Below are positions 1-11,695 of a stretch of DNA of 64,000 nucleotides, one piece after another. Under the pieces are notes generated by a model. The model was not told the origin of the DNA, did not search any database, and saw only the letters and a program-made list of their open reading frames with translations. The translations under genes were made by a program, and so were the position numbers. Numbering within the stretch: position 1 is the stretch's first letter; each line of letters opens with the position of its first letter. Origin of the DNA: Selaginella moellendorffii (lineage: Eukaryota > Plantae > Lycopodiophyta); contig NW_003314273.1 of the NCBI RefSeq assembly GCF_000143415.4, forward strand, positions 1,890,052 through 1,954,051, given 5' to 3'.

Positions 1-48
1 CCTGGCGTGCGAGCTTCCACAACATGCTCGCTCCAGGATTTGGGGATT

Positions 49-400
49 GAATTTGGGAGGGGTTACCTTCATAGTGAAAAGTTTTTCCTCCAAGAATCTG
101 GAAGCGAAGAGCCACGTCGATCTGATTGGAACTTCTTGCGGGATCCAATGTGTGAGCAGCAGCAGCACAGTGGCGATTGATGCGAGCGTCCACTCTGTTT
201 CCATTTCTCTTGGAAGTTGAAAAAAGAGTGAAACTTTGCCGCTGCTCGTCTCAGTCTATGGCGAGGCCGAGGCCGCTGGATCGTTCTGTGCCCACTGCAT
301 TCATTTCTTCCAGTTCCTGGTGTGCGACGTGCTAAGATCAATGCCCGTTGGTTTGATGGCTCCCAGCTCTGCGCAAGGTGAGAGCTTCGATGCCACCCGC
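49..400. repeat. Dispersed copy of 11,210-11,530, partly direct and partly inverted
   Basis: gaatttgggaggggttaccttcata...gagcagcagcagcac matches ~11,210-11,330 in direct orientation; ~258-398 matches ~11,405-11,527 as reverse complement. Confidence 0.85.
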
Positions 401-899
401 GTACCTGGTTGATCCTGAAGTCCCTTGAACCATCAACCTTTGGCTCACCTGGAGAAAGATATAGGAATGTGTTACTTACCGGGAAAGAACAACAAAGCCA
501 TAGCCACGAGGACTACGAACAAAAGAAGCGAAGAACTGAGAGAACAAGGAACGAAAGCTACTCACCACATGAAGATGAACTGCGAGACGACCGAGGGGAG
601 AAAGCACGCAGCTCCATTCCCGATGGCGGCGGCGGCGGCAGCTGGAAAGTTGAGCTTGGAAGTGAGGTTGAGCCGCCATCTTGGTTGCTTCGAGAGTTGT
701 CAAGAACAGCACTCAACTGGAAACAGTGCCGGCAATCACGGTCCCAATCCCCGGTAGAGTTCTCTCACTCCATCGGTGCTAAGAATCGATCTGAGCTTTC
801 ATATTGCTCGCCTCATTCTCGTCTGGATCGGGTAGAGCGCCGCCGACACGCCCGATATGTTCTCTCGAGATTCTACTCACTGTCACAGTTCGCATGAAA

Positions 900-2046
900 C
901 CACCACTGGCGCTATCACGAGCCATGGCGAGACAGGGCTTTAACGACGAGGTCCTGCCAGAAAAGATCACCCATTAACGGAGGAAAGTGGAGAGAAATTT
1001 GGATCACATACTTGTGTTTCTTGTTTGCTCATTCCTGGCCTCCACGCTTGATCTAGAAAGCCAAATATGTCGATCCATAGGAGGGAAGTAAAGCTTAAAT
1101 CTACACCACTAGCCGCGATCTTGGATGTCCAATCGTGAAAGGCACGCGGAGTGAAGTTCCACCGATTGGCACACCGAAGATGCTACGTTTCTCGTGCTTG
1201 TCCCAACCTCGGACGATCATTCCAGCCTCGAGAAAGGAGCAAAAGCAATACAGACTGTTTATATACATCAATCAAAGCTGCTGCTAAACAAAACCTTGTT
1301 CGAGTAGGCAATATCTCTAACCAGCTTCGCCAATTCCAGCCTTGACAATTGCTTGTTTCACCCATAAGGACGAAGAAATCACGAGAACAATCCAGATCGG
1401 CAAATGTAGACATGAGATTTTATCAGAAGCTTGCGATCCTGTACCTACACGCGACCCAAAGGAAAAGATGTACACTTTCAGGATCTTACAATCTGAAGCA
1501 ATTGCTAATCAAGTTGGCACAGCCTTTTCCGCAACAAGAATGCTTGCGCAGTCCGATGAGCTCAAACAACCTTTGCGAGCCGGCGAGCAGCGCCATCCGG
1601 GACGTAAGGCATGGTTTCCAGGAGCTCTCTCGGCTGGCTCAATCTCCACAGATCCAGCATCGAGCAGTAGTGTCTGGGCTGAGACTTGAATCCACAGTCG
1701 TTGCTCATCGAAACGAGAACTCGCGTCCCTTGCCTGCGTGGCTGCAAGCAACCAAAGCACTCACATACGCAACTTGGTCGGGGATCATCTCACGAAAGTG
1801 GTCAATCGCTTGCGTCGGAATGGCTACACGCGGAGATCACCGACTTCCACGACACAACGTTCGATCCAGGATGGAGTTCCAGGAGACGATGTTCCTCTCG
1901 GGCATGAGAGCGAGGATCTCCCAGATGCCCTTGTTGGGCATTCCCGCAAGGAGTGAGTTCAGCTCCATAGCTCGCACTCGGGCTCTTGACGCCGTGTTCC
2001 AGGTCACAAAGCTGGCGCGCGACAACGAGGCCCAAGATGCTGCCAA
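900..2046. pseudogene. Degenerate PLS-class PPR gene fragments on both strands
   Basis: Broken motifs: minus strand MPERNIVSWNSIL and SNVVSWKSVISACSH (1802-2046), plus strand IQHRAVVSGLRLESTVV. Frameshifts and stops, no continuous ORF. Confidence 0.6.
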
Positions 2047-2250
2047 GAGCCCGAGGTCTCCTCCGTAAGCTGCTTCTTAGTTTTTAGTTTTAAGAAAAAT
2101 GGAGGCCTCGGGCTCTTGGCTGTGGGGGATCAGCCCAAGAGACCAAAGCCTCATTCACCACACTACACCTGCCGCGTATAACACGAGGTGGCGGCTCGAT
2201 CTACCGTTGTCTTGGATCAACGGTAACCATTCTCTTGTGCATAAAATTTT

Positions 2251-2586
2251 AGGAGGTAAATAACGTTCAACAGTCGTATCTCAAGTTCATGTCCTTCGCC
2301 TACAGATGAATGCTTACTTGAACAATGCCGAAGAAGTACGATTGAAAACTGTAATGAACAAAGGAGACCTTCAGGTAGGCAGCTCACGTTTGTCCTGACA
2401 GCACATTTTAAAACTCAAAGCAATAGCTGCAAGCAAAAGTTGCACAAGCTGCTGCTCTGTCTGCAATTTCGTCTGGAACTGGATCCGTCGCTGACATCTC
2501 TGCTGCTGCTGCGCTGCCGTTGCGAGCTCCAAAATGTTTGTGCATTTCCACGAAGCAACTCTTGTTTGTTCCTCACGCCAGTGCAC
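2251..2586 (+). pseudogene. Captured BRF1 fragment (exons plus introns), left arm
   Basis: tacagATGAATGCTTACTTGAACAATGCCGAAGAAGTACGATTGAAAACT... is the reverse complement of BRF1 ~12,220-12,606, including splice sites. Confidence 0.9.
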
Positions 2587-3030
2587 TAGGAAGTATATAT
2601 TTTGTTGAAATAAAGCTTGCAATACAGAGCAAATTCAAAACCAGAGCAAACAACACAGCCCGCAACTGCCAGCTACTCCTGCTAGCTCACGAGGAATCGG
2701 CCAACCCCATGCATCAAAACATCACTCACTACAGCTGCATCATCGATCTCCTCAGCTGCACCGCACTCCCTTGTGGCCAAGGAGCTCAAGAAGGGAAACA
2801 ATGCAAGCAAATTGTTTGTACCAAAATGTAAACTAAGTTTTTCAAATCAAGATATTTACAAGATTCAATCGAATGACCCAAAGCAAAACTCTATAGGCCA
2901 TTGCAAGCGTGCCACCTTTCAGATATACGTGCCAAACTGAGCTTGGTCCTACTGATCGGCGTGAGGCCTCCGGAAAAGAATGAGTTTGTAAAAGTCCACC
3001 ACCGTGATCGTGATGGAAGAAAGACGGGCT

Positions 3031-4277
3031 CTACTGCTTGGTGTCCTTAAACCACCAGCTTGCTGGAACTCCAAGCTCTGCCTTGAGATAGTCCGATCTC
3101 TTGTTCACCAGTGCGATATCCCGGGTGCCCGAGACACTGAAGGGCTTGCTCGGCCCTTGGTAGCCATCAACCAGGTGAAGCAAGGCCTCCAAGTTGTGCA
3201 GATCGGTCAAGCCACCGTCTTCCCTCAGAAACGGAGAGATGTTGCTGCTGAGCTCAAACTCGGTGCCAACATGGGTGTAGGCCCATGGGAACCTGTGGAA
3301 GATGAGCGAGACAATATCACAGCTGTCCTCGTTGACAATCACCCCTGGAACTTTGGGCACCAGGTCTGCGGCATTGCGTGTCTGGAGGACTTTGAGCCCG
3401 AGCTCGAGGCACCTGTTCTTGAAACCCCGGTTCCCAACTCGGGGTGCCGAGAATGTGAAGACGGACACCGGGGTATTGCTCCCGGGCAGCCCAAGCTCTG
3501 TCACGTCGTAGGCGCTGAGGAGTGCAAGCGCGCCACCCAGGCTGTGGCCCGTGAACGTGATACTCAGCTGCTCGCCCTGGTAGAGCCCGACCAATCGCTT
3601 GATCTCCGAGTGGAGCTGCTGCCTCGTGCTCATCCCGGCCTGATCGCCGGGGACTGGAGACGTGTAGATGCTGAGAAATCCCGTCTCCACTTTCACGCCT
3701 TTGGTGTTGTGATCCGTGGGGTCGAGCCCGGTGGGGCGGAGGAGATCCTTGAGGTTCTCGATCCACTCGAGCTGCGTCACCGTCCCGCGCCAGGCCACCA
3801 CAATGTCGCGGCGTCCCAACCGTCGGATGGTCTCGTCCGACGTGGCAACCGCCACGAAGCCCATCCAGTTGGTGTCCGACGTCCACGAGTCGTCGCCGGG
3901 TTGGGCGTTGGAATTGGAGCGCTTGAAGAAGCTGGGCAAGCCCAGCTGCGATGTTGCGTAGAGATAGGCCGTGATTTCGTATCCCGTGCTTGGGAGTCCC
4001 ACGGATTGGAGGAGCTCCTCCTTGGAGAACTTCGTGTCTCCACAGAATTCCGAGCCCTCGCTGTATTCGAAGCCGTCGTAGCAAGCCTGCGCGAATTCGC
4101 CGTATCGGATGATCTCCCGCCGGAGCCGCTCGTCGATGGAGGCGTTGGCGGGCGGGAGGAGCGGACTCCAGTGGCATGCATCGCGCCAGCCTGAGCTCAG
4201 CGCCAACTGCGTCTCCTCGAGCTCGACAACGCGCGCGCCATGACCATCTCCTTCAGATCTCTCCAACGTTCTTCTCT
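3031..4277 (-). CDS. Phospholipase A1 (DAD1-like, lipase class 3), inverted copy with 5' end lost in the gap
   Basis: Protein identical to the plus copy; GHSLG nucleophile motif, RRDIVVAWRGT, YGEFAQACYD. Confidence 0.75.
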
Positions 4278-4377
4278 NNNNNNNNNNNNNNNNNNNNNNN
4301 NNNNNNNNNNNNNNNNNNNNNNNNNNNNNNNNNNNNNNNNNNNNNNNNNNNNNNNNNNNNNNNNNNNNNNNNNNNNN
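4278..4377. other. Assembly gap (100 N)
   Basis: Run of n. Confidence 1.
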
Positions 4378-4747
4378 CACTGGACGGATGAGAGGTGAAA
4401 GTTCAATGAAAGTCTGCTGGTCAAGACGCGATACCTCCTTGCGTATAGTTTGGTGGCTTGAACTTTGACTGTTATGCTTCCCATTCGAGAAGAAATTGAA
4501 GAGATCAACGCGAGAATTTCGTATATGCTTTTGACCCGGTGGCAAACTTTGAAAGCGATACTTCTATAAATCCTCTGCCAATCTCAGCATTCCACCAGCA
4601 ATTTACACCGAGGGAGAGCCAAGAAAAGGAGAAGTTTTTTACGAAGCGATCATCTGATTCATTGCAACCATACTAGCCAAGGAGGAGCTGATCGATCGAT
4701 AGGCGTATCAACAATTGTCCAAGCCCATCAGAGCGAGCATCGAGATC

Positions 4748-6073
4748 ATGGAACGAGTTTCATTGTCACTGTCATTCAAGCGAAGGACGTTGGAGAGAGA
4801 AGGAGATTCATTGTCATTCTCATTTAAGAGAAGAACGTTGGAGAGATCTGAAGGAGATGGTCATGGCGCGCGCGTTGTCGAGCTCGAGGAGACGCAGTTG
4901 GCGCTGAGCTCAGGCTGGCGCGATGCATGCCACTGGAGTCCGCTCCTCCCGCCCGCCAACGCCTCCATCGACGAGCGGCTCCGGCGGGAGATCATCCGAT
5001 ACGGCGAATTCGCGCAGGCTTGCTACGACGGCTTCGAATACAGCGAGGGCTCGGAATTCTGTGGAGACACGAAGTTCTCCAAGGAGGAGCTCCTCCAATC
5101 CGTGGGACTCCCAAGCACGGGATACGAAATCACGGCCTATCTCTACGCAACATCGCAGCTGGGCTTGCCCAGCTTCTTCAAGCGCTCCAATTCCAACGCC
5201 CAACCCGGCGACGACTCGTGGACGTCGGACACCAACTGGATGGGCTTCGTGGCGGTTGCCACGTCGGACGAGACCATCCGACGGTTGGGACGCCGCGACA
5301 TTGTGGTGGCCTGGCGCGGGACGGTGACGCAGCTCGAGTGGATCGAGAACCTCAAGGATCTCCTCCGCCCCACCGGGCTCGACCCCACGGATCACAACAC
5401 CAAAGGCGTGAAAGTGGAGACGGGATTTCTCAGCATCTACACGTCTCCAGTCCCCGGCGATCAGGCCGGGATGAGCACGAGGCAGCAGCTCCACTCGGAG
5501 ATCAAGCGATTGGTCGGGCTCTACCAGGGCGAGCAGCTGAGTATCACGTTCACGGGCCACAGCCTGGGTGGCGCGCTTGCACTCCTCAGCGCCTACGACG
5601 TGACAGAGCTTGGGCTGCCCGGGAGCAATACCCCGGTGTCCGTCTTCACATTCTCGGCACCCCGAGTTGGGAACCGGGGTTTCAAGAACAGGTGCCTCGA
5701 GCTCGGGCTCAAAGTCCTCCAGACACGCAATGCCGCAGACCTGGTGCCCAAAGTTCCAGGGGTGATTGTCAACGAGGACAGCTGTGATATTGTCTCGCTC
5801 ATCTTCCACAGGTTCCCATGGGCCTACACCCATGTTGGCACCGAGTTTGAGCTCAGCAGCAACATCTCTCCGTTTCTGAGGGAAGACGGTGGCTTGACCG
5901 ATCTGCACAACTTGGAGGCCTTGCTTCACCTGGTTGATGGCTACCAAGGGCCGAGCAAGCCCTTCAGTGTCTCGGGCACCCGGGATATCGCACTGGTGAA
6001 CAAGAGATCGGACTATCTCAAGGCAGAGCTTGGAGTTCCAGCAAGCTGGTGGTTTAAGGACACCAAGCAGTAG
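4748..6073 (+). CDS. Phospholipase A1 (DAD1-like/PLA1-I, lipase class 3), intronless
   Basis: ATG at 4,748; motifs RREIIRYGEFAQACYD, NWMGFVAV, ITFTGHSLGGALA, DLVPKVP, HNLEALLHLVDG; CTATAAAT at ~4,564. Confidence 0.92.
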   Translation: MERVSLSLSFKRRTLEREGDSLSFSFKRRTLERSEGDGHGARVVELEETQLALSSGWRDACHWSPLLPPANASIDERLRREIIRYGEFAQACYDGFEYSEGSEFCGDTKFSKEELLQSVGLPSTGYEITAYLYATSQLGLPSFFKRSNSNAQPGDDSWTSDTNWMGFVAVATSDETIRRLGRRDIVVAWRGTVTQLEWIENLKDLLRPTGLDPTDHNTKGVKVETGFLSIYTSPVPGDQAGMSTRQQLHSEIKRLVGLYQGEQLSITFTGHSLGGALALLSAYDVTELGLPGSNTPVSVFTFSAPRVGNRGFKNRCLELGLKVLQTRNAADLVPKVPGVIVNEDSCDIVSLIFHRFPWAYTHVGTEFELSSNISPFLREDGGLTDLHNLEALLHLVDGYQGPSKPFSVSGTRDIALVNKRSDYLKAELGVPASWWFKDTKQ

Positions 6074-6518
6074 AGCCCGTCTTTCTTCCATCACGATCAC
6101 GGTGGTGGACTTTTACAAACTCATTCTTTTCCGGAGGCCTCACGCCGATCAGTAGGACCAAGCTCAGTTTGGCACGTATATCTGAAAGGTGGCACGCTTG
6201 CAATGGCCTATAGAGTTTTGCTTTGGGTCATTCGATTGAATCTTGTAAATATCTTGATTTGAAAAACTTAGTTTACATTTTGGTACAAACAATTTGCTTG
6301 CATTGTTTCCCTTCTTGAGCTCCTTGGCCACAAGGGAGTGCGGTGCAGCTGAGGAGATCGATGATGCAGCTGTAGTGAGTGATGTTTTGATGCATGGGGT
6401 TGGCCGATTCCTCGTGAGCTAGCAGGAGTAGCTGGCAGTTGCGGGCTGTGTTGTTTGCTCTGATTTTGAATTTGCTCTGTATTGCAAGCTTTATTTCAAC
6501 AATATATATACTCCCTAG

Positions 6519-6820
6519 TGCACTGGCGTGAGGAACAAACAAGAGTTGCTTCATGGAAATGCACAAACCTTTTGGAGCTTTCGATGGCAGCGGCAGCAGC
6601 AGCAGAGATGTCAGCGGCAGATCCAGTTCCAGACGAAACTGTAGACAGAGCAGCAGCTTGTGCAGCTTTTGCTTGCAGCTATTGCTTTGAGTTTTAAAAT
6701 GTGCTGGCAGGACAAACGTCCTTTGTTCATTTCCGTCCAGAAGACAGTTTTCAATCGTACTTCTTTGGCATTGTTCAAGTAAGCAGCCAAAGGACTTGAA
6801 CTTGAGATACGGCTGTTGAA
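6519..6820 (-). pseudogene. Captured BRF1 fragment, right arm
   Basis: AYLNNAKEVRLKTVFWTEMNK versus BRF1 AYLNNEEEVRLKTVIWTEMNK; intronic sequence retained. Confidence 0.9.
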
Positions 6821-7269
6821 CCCTAAAATTTGATGTGGGTACCGTTGATCCAAGCCACGATGGATCGAGCAGCCACCTCGTGTTATACGTGGCGGGGCGA
6901 ATGTAGTGTAGGATTCCCTCTGGTGCATGAGGTCTCTTGGGCTGATCTCCCACAGCCAAGAGCCCGAGGCCTCCATTTTCTTAAAACTAAAAACTAAGAA
7001 GCAGCTTTTGGAGGAGACCTCTTGGCAGCATCTTGGGCCTCGTTGTCGCGCGCCAGAGACGCGATATCTTTGTGACATGGAACACGGGCGTCAAGAGCCC
7101 GGGTGCGAGCTATGGAGCTGAACTCGCTCCTTGCGGGAATGCCCAACAAGGTCTCATGCCCGAATTCCCGAATGGAATGGATGTCGGTGATCTCCTTCGT
7201 TGCTTGTTCTTTCCATTTCTATATCTTTCTCCTGGTGAGCGAAAGGTTGATGGTTCAAGACTAACACGA

Positions 7270-9472
7270 AATGTGTGTTAGTCTTGTAACTTATTTCTCA
7301 ACATCAGCCTACAAATAGTGCTCAAGAGTCCGTATATACCACATCCCAAGCCAGAGGGAAAGCCTTAAAAAAGTGGACATGTAATACTGTTTAAATTCTG
7401 TATTGTTTCCATGACATTTTGTGCGTCCCCTCCCACACAGAATGAGCTTTAAGACCATGATGATAAAAGTTATAGTCACAATCCTAATCCCACTTTTGAA
7501 TGAAGACTTACAAACACTAATAACGGGCTTTAGACACTGATGAGCATTACCTTTTCTAGCTATAGAGAAGAAAGCTATTCACCCTGAGCCTCAAAGTAAA
7601 GGAAAGAGAGATCCTCTACCTCATTCTAAAATGAAGCAAGGTGGAAATCATTGAAAAGGACAAGAAACTTGAAACAATTACTGTATTACAATTTTAGTAA
7701 CTCCTTATTTTTAGGTGTGTTTGAATGTCATTCCTGTTTAGTATTATTGAATAATCCATTTGATCAATAATTATAAACATGTTTATCATTTATAAATCAA
7801 AATTAATCTTATTGCATATCAAATTAGGTGGTAAAATAAATATTAATTTGCTGCACATTAATTAATCAAATGAAAATTTATGTCATAAACATGTTTATAA
7901 TTTATAAACACAAGATTAATCTTATTGAATATTAACCATTAAATGGCACCCAGAGGGTGACCCAGCCATGCACGTACGGAATAAACTAGAATATAACTAA
8001 TTCGTGTTTAGTAAAGTTTATAAATTATAAACATGTTTTAAATTTATAAATACAATATTAATCTAAATAAATAACAACCTAGATGGTAAAATATCCTAGA
8101 ATATCTAAGCATATTCTAGGTATATCCACTACCACTTTGCAAAAGAGGAAAGTTATAAATTATAAACATGTTTGGAAATTATAAATACAAGATTAATCTT
8201 GATGAATATTAGAACTAAATATATTTCACTTTTTCTTAGGCAAAGCTTAAATTATTATTAATACAATATTAATCTATTTAAATATTAAATTTAATTAGTA
8301 TATCTAATTATTAGAGGATCAGGTTATGAGACTTCTTGGGATGCAGGGGCAAGAGAAGGGGTGGGGGGGAGCTAGGGCTGGTGGAGGATTGGCTTGGGAA
8401 CAGCACGATGAGCAAAGGCAATCAAGATCTGAGCACAGTGAGGTGTGCCTCTATGCCCATTTAAAACTGGTTTGCTTTAAATATAATTAGATATACTTAT
8501 TAATATTAATATTTAATTAGATTAATCTTGTATTTATAATAATCTATGGTTTTCTTAAGAAAAAGAGAAACATATTTAGTTCTACCAAATAATTTTTATT
8601 CATTTTGATTAATCTTGTATTTTTATAATTTCCAAACATGTTTATAATTTATAACTTTCCTAAACACTTTCTTATTTTTTGTTTGCTTAAGCAAACATGT
8701 AGTGGATATACCTAGAATATGCTTATATATTCTTGTTATTTATATAGATTAATATTTTATTATAATTTATAAACATGTTTATAATTTATAAACTTTCCTA
8801 AAAATTCTAGTTTATTCTACCATTTAATGGTTAATATTCAATAAGATCAATCTTGTGTTTATAAATTATAAAATTTCATTTGATTAATTGGAACTGTTAA
8901 GTAAACCTGCAATGTGCAGTAGTATTTATTTTACCATCTAATTTGATATGCAATAAGAATAATTTTGATTTATAAATGATAAACAAGTTTATAATTATTG
9001 CTAAACAGGAATGACATTCAAACACCAATCTGCCACTCACCTAAAAATAAGGAGTTAGGAAATTGTAATACAGTGATTGTTTCAAGTTTCTTGTCTTTTT
9101 CAATGATCTCCACCTTGCTTCCTCTTTTTCCTTCAAGAGGGCTATCTCTCTGTCCTTCACTTTGAAGCTATCTGTGTGAATAGCTTTCTTCTCTATAGCT
9201 AGAAAAGGTAATGAAGATCAAGCTCATAAAGCCCAGACACTGTTATTAGTGTTTGTAAGTCTTCATTCAAAAGTGGGATTAGGATTGTGACTATGACTTT
9301 TATCATCATGGTCCTAAAGCTCATTCTATGTGAATTTAGACAGTATTAAATGTCCAAACTTTTTGAAGGCTTTCCTTCTGGCTTGGGATGTGAAGGTGGT
9401 TATGTTATATATGGACTCTTGAGCACTATTTGTAGGCTAATGTTAAGAAATAAGTTACAAGACTCACACATT
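7270..9472. mobile_element. AT-rich foldback element: ~1 kb inverted arms (7,270-8,312 and 8,483-9,472) around a ~170 bp purine-rich spacer; non-coding
   Basis: atgtgtgttagtcttgtaacttatttctcaacatcagcctacaaatagtgctcaagagtcc at the left end pairs with ggactcttgagcactatttgtaggctaatgttaagaaataagttacaagactcacacat at the right end; complementarity continues inward. No TSD identified. Confidence 0.75.
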
Positions 9473-10494
9473 TTGTCTTTGCAGTGCTCATTTTAGTTTG
9501 GTTCTGATTGATTGATCACACCAATGAGTTTTTTTTTAAAAATATTTATTTATCAGTTTATGATGGTAGAAACCAAAATGGAAGTAATTCTTATCACTAC
9601 TTGCATTCCAGACTTTGCAACCTAAATCTTTTAGAACAAACTTTTAGGCTAGTACATGCAAGAGTAGAAGAGAAATCAGCTCTTCAAACCACTTGAATCT
9701 TAGTCTTCCACTAGATTGGGCATTTAAGATTCTCCTGGATATAAGATTGTAAAGAAAAATGTGGAATAAACTGATCTTGACTAGGAACTCTTTGTTCGAA
9801 TTTTAAAGCATAATAATCTATTGCTCAAAGGACAGATATGAGTTTTTGAACAAAATTTACAAAGAAACATATAAATGCAACCTTTGTGAATTTTTTTAAA
9901 GATTTAGTTTCAAACTCATGTTATTGATATGTGCATTTTGATTTAAACATTTCTCTTCAATGCTTTGGGAAGAACTTAGATGCTTCCTAGCAGCAGCTAG
10001 TAGCTCATACAGTGCTTTGCCTAATGCATTGTTCGAAAAAATGAAAATACCTCTAATGGACTTTTGTACTGTTGTAAATTCCAATCTAAGCTGTGTTTTT
10101 TTTACAAAATCCCATCCCAACAGTGTTTCTCTTTGACACCTTTGTGTGAGCGCATTTGCCACAGCACCAACAATCGTATGCTCCGTGCATGTTAGCTTTC
10201 AGGTAAAGTCTAAAGCAGAAGGATGACTATAGACGTGAGAAACCTACTTGATCAAGTGTTCTCTTGCACTGAAGTAGTAAGCTCCTCATTATCACTATAG
10301 GAATTTTTTTCAATGATGCTTAACGGGACCTATAATTGAGCATCTATGGTTGGAATAAGTGGATTATGAACTCGACAAGTCATCTATCGCCACAAACGGT
10401 GCATGAAGGTCGCTAGAAACCAGTGGCTATTCAATTTTAAAATGGATCTGGGATTTCGTGGATGTTGTTTTGATTCTTTTGATACCAACAAGCG

Positions 10495-10900
10495 GCAAGC
10501 TACTTCACACAAGCAGAAACAACACTGCATCGCCCGCTAGACACCGGTGAGCCAGGAGCTTGGCCATGGAAGATGTTTCTGTCATCTTATTGTGCTTGAG
10601 GAAGCGGGCCTTGAACTCATCATCATCAATGGGCGTTGCAGCCAGGCTTGCTGCAACCTGTTTGGTGACATCCCGCGCTTGAGCAGGAAGCCCCGCCCCA
10701 ATCTCGACATCCTTGCCATGTACCAGCCGCGTCTCCCTGGCTCAAAATCCATTGGCGTCACGTAGTACACCGTCGACCCCGGGTCGCCGAGCATGCCCAA
10801 GTAGTTGCTCGCTTCAAGCTGCATCTGGAGGGCGTAGAAGGGGGAGGGAGGCTTGCCCTGCAGCTGCCGCCCAGGTCGAGCGGAACCCATACGAATTGCC
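10495..10900 (-). pseudogene. Unidentified GC-rich frameshifted gene fragment; part repeated at ~48,865-48,950
   Basis: Coding-like composition; gagccaggagcttggccatg-aagatgtttc is shared with ~48,900. Family not recognised. Confidence 0.35.
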
Positions 10901-11695
10901 TTGCCTATAAACCATGCATGAGCAACAAAAGTTTTCATAAAAAATTAAATCAATAAAAAATAAATAATCAGAATGCTGAAGAGAGGTTCGACAGGAAGCT
11001 GTGAATAGCTGAGCCACAGCCGCGCGTCTAACACGGCCATGTAGACGTTCTCCAAGTGTGTAAGGTAAGGGCACACAGTAATAAGAGGAGCAAGCCTTCC
11101 GCCGTCACCCAGCTCTAGCATTTACAGTCCCTGTTGTTTCATCTCTTTTTGTCAGTATTTTCATCTGGCTGCGAGGGAAACTTGCGAGGGATTTGGCGAT
11201 TTGGCGCTTGAATTTGGGAGGGGTTACCTTCATACTGAAAAGTTTTTCTTCCAATAATCTGGAAGAGAAGAGCCACGTCGATCTGATTGGAACTTCATGC
11301 GGAATCCAATGTGTGAGCAGCAGCAGCACTTGATGAGAGCTTCCACACTGTTTCCATTTCCACACTGTGAAACTTTGCATAAAAGTGATACGAGGAGATT
11401 CTCTGGGTGGCATCGAAGCTCTCACCTTGCCCAGAGCTGGGAGCCATCAAACCAACGGCATTGCTCTTAGCACATCGCACCGCAGGACGTGGAAGAAACT
11501 AAGATCCAGCGGCCTCGGCCTCGCCATTAGACGAGCCGATTCGCGAGGACCAATGTGGCCGCCAGGAAGATTTTTGGCTTTATGGGGGTAGCCAAGTTAA
11601 TCTGAACCGTTCAATTTAAACCTAAGTCCCTTGGAGAAAGATACTCGTGCATCAAATTTTGGTGATCGATCCATAAAATTAACTTTATAATCGTT

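Larger units (their letters stand above)
1929..7151. repeat. Large inverted duplication, arms ~1,929-4,277 and ~4,827-7,151
   Basis: Mirror coordinates sum to 9,104 in the inner part (PLA1 stops at 3,031 and 6,073). The inner ~1.6 kb appears identical; the outer ~0.7 kb is diverged with indels. Confidence 0.95.

Noticed and set aside
409-897. 162-aa ORF
   Set aside because: Non-ATG start, no recognisable homology, and located in a degenerate repeat mosaic.
3004-6100. Long alternative ORFs (396 aa, 286 aa) overlapping PLA1
   Set aside because: Antisense or shifted-frame shadows of a GC-rich gene; duplicated only because the DNA is duplicated.
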